Part shown: one piece after another, positions 12,918 through 26,199 of the stretch
Layout: every line of letters starts with the position of its first letter
Numbering within the stretch: the stretch's first letter is position 1
DNA from: Lama glama
Taxonomy: Eukaryota
DNA: 64,000 bases
Reading direction: 5' to 3'
NCBI GenBank assembly: GCA_028534125.1
Contig: CM052817.1
Span: 11,348,001 to 11,412,000 of the forward strand
Notes under the pieces: model-generated
Databases searched by the model: none
The model's input: the letters and a program-made list of their open reading frames with translations, nothing else
What the model was told of the DNA's origin: nothing
Translations under genes and position numbers: made by a program

Positions 12918-15399
12918 ATTTGGAAAGTTACCAGAGCTGCACTACGCATCCACCAGCGCGGAGAAGCAGACAAATCAGCTTTCTTGACGTTATGCTAATT
13001 ACGCTGCCAAACTGAAAAAACAGCTTGAAATATTTTTTGACAAGTTCCCTGAGTTCTTTTTTGATTCTAATGTCTAACAATGCCTGGTCGATCAAAAGAA
13101 AAATATATAATATTTGTTGAATAAATTGAATAGTTTTTCATGAAAGATGTGGGGTAATTAGTAAATAAAGCAGAAAATCCTGGAAAAGTCAGTAATGGTT
13201 GACAAAGCAATGGGATATAAAATATGCAAGAAAAATTCTAGGAAAATATATCAAGACAAGAGATTATCAAACAGCTGTTTTATATTTTAATAATAGTATT
13301 TATGGCAAGAGTTAGAAACTCTTCAAAACCTAAAACTCTTCTCTGTACTCAGTTCCTAAGAAAATTACAATGATGGGCCGAAAACCCAACTGTAAACAGA
13401 AAGGATTTTTATTAGAAATTCTTGACTTCATTAGAATATTTTAAATTACTGGGTCACAGTTTCACAGTTTCACTTCCAGCACTGGCAAGTAACAAAGTGA
13501 TCATATGCAGCCCATGTAAAAGGGAATAGGTCGATGCATTTATTAATTTCTTTACATTAAAATATCTGTCTTTGTTTCATCCAGTTCTGATCAAATTAAG
13601 ACTGTGGATTAGTTCAGACTTGAGGAGACACTGATCTCATATATTTTCCTGAATTCATATGATATTTTCTCATGCTTTATCATACAGGGAGGAAAAACCA
13701 CCTGAATTGACTGCAGCTCTTCCTTCCTTAACTCACTGAGAAATAAAATCTAATATTCAAAAAAGAACTTACAAAATAGACTGATCAAAACATGATCATT
13801 CTGGAGTATTTACCACAGTGTTCATTTAATGATGAATCTTAACACAGCACTTAACAATTTAATTTTAATTACTCTAACAATTTATGTACAAGAACAAATC
13901 TAGTACATAAATTATATTTTTACAGTCATTGCATTCTTCCTGGGAACACAACAGTGAGTATAGAGAAACCCTAGCAGGAAACCATGCAGAGCCGTGTTTC
14001 CTGATTATATTCCCCGAACTGTGTCCTGTGGAGTGTGACGCTCGGAGCCTGTGGTTCAACATGCAAATGGAGCACTGTGACTCAGGGAGCTCAGGAAAGA
14101 GAACCGAACGTTTCCCAGTGTTATCAGACCACAGACCCCTTGCCTCCAGAACGTCGTGGTGGACTAGTGCGTCACAGAACACACCTTTGGAATGCTTGTA
14201 GCCAACGAGAGTAAGGTGGTGGAATTATCTGGAAACACTTTTCTATCAAAATGAAATTTAGAAAATCATCTACTCCATGCTTCCATTAGATAATAATTAT
14301 GATGCTGAAAACGGCACACGAAGAGACCCTTAACCCTAAATTTTGTTTTTAATGTTTAAGAATATTCTATGCCGAGGGTTGCCTCAACCATACAAATTGA
14401 AAAGAACACCTTGAGTTAGGTCTCCAAAAATGTGGTAAAGTGTTCACTAGCAGGAACAGAGAAGAATGTGTGGTTAGTCTCAGTTTTAGGTAGTTAAAGA
14501 AGTATACTATTAGTTACAATTGCCCATCAGTTATATACCTGAGTGAAAACCAGAATTCTGAATGGAAAAAGTACATGTATATTCAGTCATTTTTGAGGAT
14601 AGATGACAAAACGGGAGAAGCTGACAAACTGACATTTTTTTCACTCATCTCAGAATCCAATTCAAGGTGTGAACTTGAATTCTGAATTTTTATGGGAAAC
14701 TTAACATTTTAGAATGAATACTATCAGGACAGTAGCTTTAAGTACACATTAGGTTATTCTACTTTTAAAATTTCCCCAGAGGTGTCCAAAGTCCGTTTAT
14801 TATATCCAGATATATATCAGTTAGGAAAAAGCACACATTTGCTTTGGGAACTGAAAAGACACTGACATTAAAAGGGTCTATATTACTATTTTCAATAGTC
14901 ATACTCAGTGTTAGGCCATTATCACCTCAAAAATCATCTCACGACTGGCCCTTCACACACCCCCATTCTACCCTCCCCCTCAAGTCTATATTGTGCACAA
15001 CTATTAGAAAAAGACTCCCTAGAATTACACATGGAGTCTGTAACTTCTCACAATTCACAGAATAAACTCTTGGTCTGATCTCTTTGTTCTTCTGTTACAC
15101 TCACTTGGTGAACACAGTTACTATCAAATCTAAGGGTCCAGCTTTCTCCAAGCTTATATTCTGGCAGCCGAGATAAGATCACAAAGCTGTTCAATCTTGT
15201 CATCTCTTGAGACAGTATTTCAAACCTTATCCACAGAGCCCAGTACTCACCACACCACTCTGCGTTACTCCTTGGTACCACAGACTCTACCATCCCCAAC
15301 ACGCTGCCCAGAAACTTGGGAGCTGATCTGCATCCCCATCTATCTTTCTCACCATTCTCACGTTTGGGAGGGAAGTAACTCTTCCAGCCAATGCCCTAT

Positions 15400-16738
15400 A
15401 ATATTCAGTAATCAACTCAGGGACTTCACTCCATTTCCACTACCGGCCACCTCACTTTTCTATCTTCATCCTTTCAGTTTCTACTGGCTTCTCCCCATTG
15501 GCATCTATGTATCTATTTTTTTTTTTAAAACCTACCTTCAACTGGGCTTCTTCTCACTGCCTCCCCATCTCCTCTCCAATAGCAACCATTTACAGTTTTC
15601 TGTGCTAGTTTTCGTCATTTCCTCTTCCTGCATTTACTCAGTCATAAGATTTCTGACTCTGTAAGTCCATCAAAACTGCTCTCTCCCAAATCTCTAAAAT
15701 AACCTCTTGTGCTATCCTGACTGGAACATTTCAAGGCCTAACTGACCTCTTTTATCAACATTTTACACTGTTGTTTTTTCCCTTCTTAAAACACACTTCC
15801 TTTCACCACACACTCCCGGCTTTCCTCTTCCCTCCTGACCACTCTCAGCAGTCCCCTTGTACACCTCTCTTCTTTCCTTTAGGCTCTGAGACCCGAGGTT
15901 CTTCACATTTTACACTGAGCAATCTTTTCCACTCTCGTGGCTTCAGTTACTTGCTGACCCCCAAATTTTACCTCCAGCTCAGACCTCTCTCCTGAGCAAC
16001 AAACCCATATTAACTAACTGCTTTCTAAAGCATCTTTTCTTGGATATCCCACTACATACCTCAAATTCATTATGTCTAAAATGGAACGTTACTAGTACCT
16101 ACCCAGATGTTCAAGCCCCAAAACTTGGATGTTATCCTTTGTTCCTCTGTTTTCTAAAACAGATTAATTCTACTTCATAGATCTCTCTCAAATACACCTG
16201 TTCTTCTCCATTAATGATACTATCATAAGGGCTCAAGACATTTTTTTCATTAACTGATGCTGACCTCACAGTTTGGGCTGTTTACCCCAGTACCTTTATC
16301 TTTTGCCATTTTCTCAGTCACCCTCTACCCCATTCTTAATTCTTATGTTGTGCCTCAGCTATATGAACTAAATTACTCAGTGTTTCAGCTCTCTTCTGTC
16401 ACCCAAATTTTCCATATGCAATTTCTTTCTGCAGAAAATACTCTCTGGACTGCTAGTACTTTGACATCCTTCAAATCCCAGCTTAGATGTGACTACTATG
16501 TAGGAATCCTTGCCTAACCCTCTAAGCCTGGGTTCAGCTTCCCTCCTATGTGCTCCTACAGTCCACCTCCCTCTCCCATCACAGCACTCACCTCTCTCCT
16601 GGGCTTCCTCTTCCCTGTCCCCCACGAGACAGTAAGCTCCACAAGAGTACAAACAATGACTTTAACCATTCTACCCTCTTAAAACATAACATCCCACTTA
16701 AAACATAAAATACACTCTACTATTGAATAAATAAATGA
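15400..16738 (+). mobile_element. L2 LINE remnants
   Basis: Pyrimidine-rich L2-like tract (ctccagctcagacctctctcctgagc, cctcaaattcattatgtctaaaatggaac, tccttcaaatcccagcttagatgt) ending tgaataaataaatga. Confidence 0.7.
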
Positions 16739-18492
16739 CACAGGTCTTGTTTTCTCACTTAGATGGCAGAAGAACTTTTCAAACCTTTCACAGTGCCTAA
16801 GAGCATATTACAGGCATTCATTATTTGTTGAACTAAGAATAGATTAGAACTGCATTTCTTCTTCCTTTCCATGTCTGTAGTTGATATAAAGAAGTACAAA
16901 TGTAATGAGTATAACTTTAAAACTCCCGTGTATTAAACTGTATCTGGACAGTTAATCTTGAAATGTATAAAAGCAAGACATTCACGGTAGAGGCAAAACT
17001 CTTCATCAATAGAAATATTCCATGATTCATTGTATACATTGCCCTAGGAATTTTCCTAGAAAAGGCCTGTTGTTAAAAGTCTCTCAAATTTCCAGTCAAT
17101 AATAATTCTATGAAGAAGAAAAACACATATAAAACTAATAATGAATTTTAGTGTCATTCCCAAGAGGCAAAAAGAAGTATGAAATATCGAGAATGAGAAA
17201 AAACAACTTTAAGAAACATGTAAAAATCAGATAAATATAACAAATATTGCTATAAATACAACTTTATAAAAATAATGTCCTTGTTGATTGAGTGAAAAAG
17301 AATGTTAAAAAATAAAGAAGGAAAGTTATCAGTGAAAGATTAATAAAATTTTAAGCAGAACAGGAACTATTACTAGTACTCTTAAAAAGGAGAAACGGTG
17401 AAAAACAACTCAATATGGCACTAAAATTTTTTTAAGTATCACCAAAGGATTTGAAATTAATTTGAAAAAGTAATAATTAGGCATCTTCCATCTTATTTTT
17501 CTAGGGTGATAGCATATTTAGTGAGATGAAGAATCGTATTAAAATAAAATTTATATTTATATACCTTAGAAAGATACAATGGTTAAGAAGTTGGAAGGAT
17601 AAAACACAGTTCTGTTGAAAAATGACAATGTAAACTACCTTTACTATGAAATGAGGATGTATATGAATAAAGAATTAAAAATGAAGCACTATATTTTATT
17701 CTCCATTTGTGACAGTTTTAAAAATACGTGTGAATATTTTTAGGCAAATTAAAAGTTTTTTTTTAAAATCACTATTAGACTTCTCTCTTTTTTGTGACAT
17801 ACTTTTTGTTATAATTATTTTTAGTTATCCTTAGGGCAAGAAACAAAGGGCACTGCTTTTAGATTTGCTTCATCTTTCATAATGGAGACTCTAATTTGAC
17901 CACCGTTAAAATTTCGATCATTGCATGTTAGAGAGTTAACATTTTTAATCCCTGCATGTTAGATATTACTGAAATAGGTATTTTAAAGTTATTCAGTTAA
18001 GCAATTAAATTTGGGGGGGTCATAATAATCTTTTAGCTTATCAAATCTTGAGTTTAATTACTGCTTTTAATATTTTAATCTAAGACCTGAGAAATTTTTT
18101 TTTAGCTTTTATGGAAGTTTTTTAAGAAGGTAACAAAGATAAAGCCACCAATACCTCCCCAACCCCACAAAAGATTCCCCTAAAGTAGACAATGTAACAA
18201 TACAACCACATGATAAGATATCCTTAAATTTCCACTCTTTCATGTCAGGGAAGTAATCAACAGGCACTACCACACTCCTACATACTCTGAATTGTCCAGC
18301 ATCCATCAATCAGCAGAGCTGGAACTGGCTGTGTTGGTAGCTACAGTGTTTATATCCCATTTTTGCTAGGTTCTAACGGTAACAGTCTCCCTGAGGCACC
18401 ACTGTCAGGTCAGCATAACTGTATAAACCACATAACTACTTGCTAAAGTAATTTCAGTTTGCCTTCTGAATTTAGCATCACTTTAAAATTAC

Positions 18493-18532
18493 CTGTATAT
18501 GACCTTCTCCCTTGTCAGGCTGTGGATTATCC
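18493..18532 (-). CDS. LCORL: Candidate 40-nt LCORL cassette microexon (frame-shifting)
   Basis: gatttctttccag|GGATAATCCACAGCCTGACAAGGGAGAAGGTCATATACAG|gtaatt. Open in both frames delivered by the upstream donors, with a stop only in the third frame. Confidence 0.6.
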
Positions 18533-19205
18533 CTGGAAAGAAATCCTCATCTTTATTTCCATGGGATCTAATTCAATGTCTGTTCAACAAGTTTGATGAT
18601 TTATTGGGAAAAAATATCTTGTTCCTTGACACTCTTTAAATAAACACAATCTTAAAGTGGTCCACAAAGAGCCTAACAACTTAATGGTGAATGTGAGACT
18701 GATACCCTAGGATTATGACACGTTATAGTCTTTTATCAATTTAGCAATGAGATAGTCTGTATTTCTCTCTACGTGGTCTCAAAGTTACTAATCTATCAAG
18801 ACAATAAATATATATTAGCCTGCAGTGTAGTAGTTAACTTTTAGAAAGTGACTTGGTCATATTTATTTGTCCAACTGTTTTCTGTATTTTATATTAAACC
18901 TACCTGATGCAAAAGTAGATAATGTAATGTGTACTTTAATATTTAGTAGAAATTTACTATGTTTCTATTGAATACACTTTAATTTGCTTGAAATCCCAGA
19001 AACATTTAGATTTGGGGAAGTGCACTGGGACATTTAGCAACACCTAATTTCTTGAGTTTCATACTAGGTGCCAAGAAAATAAGACTGTCCAGATATTTTG
19101 GAAATCAATTAAAACTAAATCAGCTGTTCCTTTCCTACCCATTATCTCATACTTTACACAAGGCACCTATAATGAAACTTTAAAATTAAGCACAGAAAAA
19201 CTTAC

Positions 19206-22200
19206 CTAGTTGGGATTTTGAATAATAGTTTGCCATTTGTCCACTGCTGCAAGACTGTCGTTTATGTCTTTTTGTTGACATTTCTGTGGTCTTCCATGGT
19301 GGTCTTTTCCTTTTGTTCAATTTGCTAAGAACTTCAGAATTATCAGAAGGATTCTTGTCATAGTTAACACATTTATTTAACTTACTACTGTCAAGTTGGC
19401 TAGGAAATTTATCGCTTGAAGGACTATTTGCTTTAGCATTTTCTATTTCTTTAGATTGCTTTTTAAAACAATTTTGCCTAGCAGAATGGGATCTTAAGGT
19501 AAAGCGCTTTGAGTCTTCTACATGAGTCTGATGATTACTTCCACTGTCAACAGATTCAGGAGCGTAAATGATTGTATTTAGCTTAAAAGTATTTCTGTGT
19601 TCAAGATAGTTGATCTTCCTCAAAAATATTCTACAATCTTTTAAGGTTTTTGACCTCCAATTATTTGGACACACATTTCCTAGTCTTGGCCCCTTTTCAA
19701 AATCTTTTTGACTGCAGTTTGTTCCATTCTCCTTTGCTTCTGACTTAAATTTATTCTCTAAACTAGCATGTGTTTTGAAGTCAGACATTGCCACCCTCTG
19801 CTGCAAAAAGTCATCCCTGATCTCAGGTGGCAAAATAAACTGATTATCTACTGTGTTTTTCCCTTGGAGTGGGATGTCAGCATTTGTTTTCCCCTCAGTC
19901 TTATTTAAAAATTGGTTCTGGCAGAAAAATCTTAAGTTTCTCCTCTTAGAGATCCAATCACCTGTTCCATGGCTGTGCAGCTTTCCCTCTCGCCTCCACC
20001 TTTCATGCTGCAACCTCTTAAACTCAGTTCTTTTTAATCTAGTTAGGGTTAAATTACTTTTCACATTTAAAAGTGGAGAGCTCACCATTTTATGTAGTAA
20101 ATGCAACTTCCCTGATGATTTTGAAGGAGAAGATAGTGCAAATTTTTTAAAGTGCTTTCTGAAGGGGCTGGTGTTAAAATCGGAATATTTGTTCCCTAAT
20201 TTAATTCCTCTGGTATTTATTACTTCCAAAGGGTTTCGAGCATTTGCTTTTCTAACTAGTGAAAGAGATTGTGTCTCTGTTGTTTGCATAAACCAGGTAC
20301 AGAGTTCATTCAAATCATACTTTTTCTGAAAAAGCATTTTTACAGGTGAAACTTCAAGTTCTAAAAGACAGGTTTCCAAAGGGCTTGTTATTTTGAAGTT
20401 ATCATTTTCAACATGTTCTCTTTTTTTAACACAATTTTCAGCTTCATCTCCACTCACACGCACCCAAGCATTTGTTATTTGCTCAAATCTATTGTTTAAT
20501 TCCTCTAATAAGGAATCGTTTGAAGTAGAAGCAGCCCACCACCTGAGCAAAGGGTTTGATGAAATTATAGGGTCCAAGGATACTTCAGAAACAGGTATTA
20601 ATTTATTTTCCAAACACGTCTTTGCATTTCTTGAATTTCTAGCTCCTGGAGTACCTTTGGAAGCTATTTTAATCCTTGACTGCTTATGTTTATCTTTCTG
20701 ACTTTGACTTTTCTGCAAATGGATTTTACATGATTTATGGAGCAGAGCATTTCTACAAATAAGTGAACTAGAAGATGCTAATGAATGTAAGAAATGCAGA
20801 GATGGTTTTCTATCCCTAATAGAATGTCTCAAAGGTATAGTAGCAACCATACTTTCTGATCCACTCTTAAACTCGTCAGCTTCAGTGTGCCTTGTGCTCA
20901 CCTTACTGCGCTGGTGATCATGCTTTTCTTCAGGCAGATTTTTTTCTAATATATTCTCTTGTTCTAAAGGAGGTAAGCAACTGCTAATACTTACTTCCCT
21001 CTCCTGAGGTGAAATTCTATGAATAGTCACAGATATGCCAGAGATTTTCACTTTTGCAGGTCTACCGGGCTTCCTAATGATTGCCAAGGGCTTCTGATTT
21101 GGTCGAATAATGTTCTTGGAAGGCTGAGGTATGACAGACTTGTTCTTGACAGGGCTGCCGTGTTCCAAGCCGGGCCCCGAGACCCCGCTGTCAGTAGTCA
21201 AGCTTGCAGCAGCACTTGTCCTCTTGCCAGAGCCCACCTCACACTCTCCGATGGTCCGGAGACCGTTACATCCTGCTGGAAAACCAGCAGCGTTATTGTT
21301 TACAGACAGAACATTGCTTATGTCCACACTTCCTTCAGACACATGCCTTTTAGTTCTTCTTGACCTTCCATAAATGACAGTTACCGTGATACTCTTTTTA
21401 TAAATACCTTCTTTTACTTCTGATAAGAGAGATTCTGGACTTTTCTTTCCAGCACTGAAGGACTCATTTTGGCAAAGGGTGATGTCTGTTTGGTCAGTTT
21501 TAGGTTTTGGTGGCCTTCCAATCGGTCGCTTAATCTGTTTCACAACCTGGGGACCTATTTTTTTAGGTCTACCTGGTTTTCTTTTAAGAGATGAATCAAC
21601 AGCGCTGCTTGAATATTCCTTAGGTTCCTCTTGAGGCTCATCACTCATCATATCATCCATAAACATTGCAGAGGATTCTGCAGCTTCCTTTGCACAATTA
21701 AATTTGCTTAGTTCTCTTTGAAGAGTAGCACTATTATTAAGATTGGAACTATAATTTTCAAAGTTGACATTCGGTATATCCTCATTTGTTTCTTTTCTTT
21801 GGTCAATTACTTGGTGGGTTGGTCGTTTTTCAGAAGAAGGAAGATCAGTATTTGATTCACAAGTACCGACCGAAGTTAAAGTGTATTTGACTCCTTCACT
21901 GCTTTTAACCTCAGATAAAAACATGAGTTTGATAGGACTAGAATAGTTGGAAAAAGAAGATCTTTCAATGGCTTTATATTTTGTTGGTACATTTTCAACA
22001 CTGGACATCAAGCTACCCATATCTAAAAGGGGTGACTTTTTCTGGCTATCAGGTCTTTTGTTATTCAAATCAAGTGTTGGTGTATGATTGCTTTTAATAT
22101 TGATGGATGTTACCACAGATTTCGATAAACTCTGCTCTTTGCATGCCATTCTACTTACAGCAAGAGTCATATTTCTAGCAGTATTTTGATCTTTACCATC

Positions 22201-24025
22201 AATTTCTATCAATTTCTTGGATGCTTTATATCCTTCTGATAATGACTGACTATTCCAAGACTTTTGGGCCATATTTATTGTATCTTCCAAACGTTCCACA
22301 ACAACCTGTAAATTAGAATTCATTGCAATTTTGTTTAGATCTATATCGTGTGAGTTTTCAATCTGAATGTTTTTCACTGGATCTTTTTTTTTTGTGGATT
22401 CAGAAACTTTTTTGGCCTTAGGGGATTTTTTGAAAACATAATTATTTGTTACATATATAGAATACCACCCTGGAGGCACAATATTTCGTTTAGTTCTGTT
22501 CAAAAGTCCAGGAACATCACTTTTCAAAGGAGTTTGGGTATTCTGTAATTTTGGCTTCTCCTTATAATTTTGCAAAAATGTTTTTCCAGCCACAGATTTC
22601 TCCTGTGATCTTCTTATGCTCATTTTCTCAGTTGTTTTATAGCTTTCTGAAAATGCATCAAAAGCCAAGTTAGTTTCTAAATTATGAAGAGGTAGTTGCA
22701 ATGACTGTAATGCATAATCTGGTGAATATGATGTTTCTGCATGATTATTACCTTGAACGCTTTTAGAATTTTGTAAAGAAGGCCCTTGGCAATGATAGAA
22801 TTCTTCTTTGTCCGTTGAAAGTGGATCATCATTGCGCGTAAGTTTCCTTGAATTTTTTTCAGTGTATTTTTTTCTTATAAAATTTTCATCAAGACTAGCA
22901 AGTTCCCTTTTTATCTGTAAAGACTGCCTTCTAAATATAGGTGAGTCAGGAGAGTTGTGCATTGCAAATAAGGTTTCTTGACGCTTTCGAAATCTTGTCT
23001 GAATAATTTTATTTTCTACCTTTTTATCATGTTGACTCAGTAATTCCATAAAACTGTAATCACTGGCTTTTGCATTATGCAACAGAGAGGTTATTAAATC
23101 TCTCAATTTTAAATCATTATCTGTATTACCATCACTGCTAGAGAATTTTATAAAGTTTGTCATATCTATAGTTTCTATTGATTTTAATTTTTCATTAATA
23201 CGATCCATTAAATCTTGAAAAATTACAGTAGTTTCACCTTTTTCATGATTTGTAGTACAATTATTGCTGTCTTCTAAGAGCAAAGAATCAGAGTTACTGG
23301 ATTTTTTAGTTTTACACATTTTACTTTCATGATCACCTTTGTCACTGTTTATTTCTGCTGGTGTGAGAGATGGAGGCTGGTTAATGCTTGTTTCAAGTTT
23401 GTTATTTTCTAAGGCTGAAAACTCTGAGATGACATCTTTCAATTTTTCAAATCCTTCCGTCTGTACAGGTGATAATGGCGGGGGTGAGGGACTTCGAGAT
23501 CTACAAACATCCTTAAGACTTACTGAAACATCACGTACTTCCCTTGATGAAACAGGAGTATGAAAGGCTGATTTTGTGGAATGAATGTTTGGTAACAGTC
23601 CAGCACAGCACCTGTGAGAATTATAACTGTTTCCAATTCCTCTATCTGCTACTGTCTTAATGTGTTCAACAGTTACAGTTTGGCAAGATAAACAATGCGA
23701 ATCTTTAATACAGACTGGCAGAGGCACAAAACCAGGGCTTTGTGTTTCATTTTGTAAACACCCTCTTTCTGCCAGCCTATATTCACAACTACAGAATAGA
23801 CCATCTACATCATCTTCAATTAGGGGCTTTTGAGATTCTGAAGACACAGTATATGATGTATTACAACAGCAAAGAGAAGCAGCATTCTGCTCTTGGACTA
23901 GAAATTTCAACATAGCCAAAACTTGTTGCTGGTGATGTATGCACAAAGATTCCAAAACTTTGCTTAATGCTGATTTTCCTTTTTCCATTTTAGTAGCTTC
24001 CTCTGATTTTGCATCAACAGTTGAA
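19206..24025 (-). CDS. LCORL: LCORL giant alternative exon encoding the PALI2 C-terminal region (PRC2-interacting PIP/DUF4553-type domain, AT-hooks)
   Basis: Lies in the 1618-aa ORF 19186..24042. Acceptor ttttatttttag|T at 24025 is in phase with the donor at 32039, and the donor is CTAG|gtaagt at 19206. Motifs include LRWW, ELCTWFMQTTETQSL, RKANARNPLE, KHFKKF and three GRP AT-hooks. Confidence 0.95.
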
Positions 24026-26068
24026 CTAAAAATAAAAATCAAACAAAAAATGAATTACAGTAAAAATACCAGTATCATAAGGAGTTATAATTTTAACAGA
24101 GTTTGAACAAAAGATATTTTAGTATTGCTGGACTCCTCTAACTCCTGTAAAGAGCTGCAATAGTGACATCTTGATTATTGTTTAGCAAAAATATAATGAA
24201 GCACTGATGATAATTAATTTCCTATGACTAAGTATAAGAATCAAATCAAAGCCCTATTTTTGTAATATAAAAGTTGCTGCTGCTGACAGATATATTTACA
24301 GACTGCTAATGTTTAGTGCTTTGGATATATTAAGAATATTTAATGGAAAGTACTTCAGAAGGAGTTAAGATTTTTGTAAAGTAGACATTTTTATAAGTTA
24401 TTTTGATAGTTATTAGTCCATATTAGTGCAAATAAGAAAAATAAGGTGTAGGAAAACATCTATCTTTATTTAAAATAGGTATTTTCAAGGTAGTGAAAAT
24501 AAAATTATTAATAAAAGAGTTTTGCATAGTCACAAGGAAAATTGAGGGATTTATATTTCACATAAATAACAGAATGTATTTTCTAAGATTAAGCTGCAGG
24601 CCTTTTAACCTAATAAGAAAAAAAAAACTAAGCTATTTAAAAATGAAATCTATTTTAATTGATTTCTAAATACTAAAGTAATTACATCAAAACTATAGGC
24701 ATTACTTACCTAATTATTTAATTTCAAATGCTGGAAAATGTCCCACTGTAGAAACTAAATACATCTAACATTAACTAAAACCCAGGATTACTTAGCAACA
24801 AATGTAGAAGTCTACAAAAAAATTTTTTAATCCAATACCAGCAGCAAGAAGAATAAAATATGTTGAAAGAATTCTGTTTCAGAAAAGTATCTATTTAAAT
24901 TAAACATATCACCAAACTCTGTACATGAAAATAGTCTCCCATTCGTGATTTCTTGTATTTGTTGTTAGTTCCTGGTTTGTAGAAATTTTATTTAGGGCTG
25001 TAATTGAAGTATGATGATTATAAATTGCTACAGAAGACTGTATTTTGTTTAAAAGGATACTATGTTCTCATACATTAAAAATGAAGGATTTCTCTTTTAA
25101 AATGAAAAGTGAAATTAAATTTTTATTTTGCTCTCTAAAACTGGCTTAGTCCGTTTCACAGATAAGTATGGAATATTTTATCTACATTTTATAAAAATTA
25201 TGCCATTTGAGTAGCAAAAACACTAGAGCAAGTTCTGCAAATTAGATCAATATTTTTCTAGAAAAAAGATACTTTTACTAGAGTCAACCAATGCTTTACT
25301 ACTACAGCTAACGTGATTTGACATAAAGTAGCTTTCAAAAAAAAATGAGAAGAAATACAAAATTACAATAAAACTTTACAAATCTACTGCCACCTCTAGA
25401 CAGATGAAGACAGGACATGACCTCAGTATCCCTTCCTTTCTGAAAATAATTTTTCGGTAAATTTTATCATGATTGGGAGTGTAAAATGATGGAACGGACT
25501 CCCAAGATTCACTATTAGATAATTCAAAATACATATGTAGAGACAAAGGCAAGAGGAAATGTTAGCTATCAAATAAGAAGGTGTAAGTGGTATTTTACTT
25601 TTTTCTAGTAAATTAAAAATTGTTATATTTCACATAAACAAAAGAAAACCAAAAAAGGTTCTGAGACACTTTCAGTTATGTTATGTACGTTATGGTCTAT
25701 TAAGCATATCTGTGAGAAAATAATTGAGAGATTACATGTTTCTCAGAAAAATACACTGCACTATACTTTAAAGATTAATATGCTTTCCTAACAGTTCTTG
25801 AAATACTCAAATGCTTTTTTCTGCTACTCAAGTATATAGTAGAAATAATAAAAACTAATGACTCGTGTTAACTATTCTGAAAACCACTGTAAGAGTTTTA
25901 TATCTCTTTTGACATTCCAAAGAAGCCTATACTTCTTAAGAGTTTCTTACTCAGTTTATTATTTTTAATAATGGAATTTTAAAAATACCACAGTGGCCAG
26001 TAATTTCTGTCTAATACCATACGAAGAGTAGCTTTAAAAAGTTACTAATTAGATGTTCATGTGTTAAG

Positions 26069-26072
<4 letters not shown>

Positions 26073-26100
<28 letters not shown>
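26073..26100. repeat. (TA)14 microsatellite
   Basis: Perfect TA run. Confidence 0.95.
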
Positions 26101-26105
<5 letters not shown>

Positions 26106-26199
26106 CATTAGATAACTAAGTTCTCAAATTATAGAACTTCACAATATGCTTATCTGGCTTCAATTTTTTTCTTTTCCATATATTTGCGTATTAGAAATG

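Noticed and set aside
18109..18418. Possible further LCORL exon downstream of the microexon (acceptor tttatacag at 18419)
   Set aside because: Weak pyrimidine tract, only a 74-nt intron and an early stop. Not supportable without transcripts.
19853..23563. Plus-strand ORFs overlapping the PALI2 exon
   Set aside because: Antisense shadows of a long coding exon.
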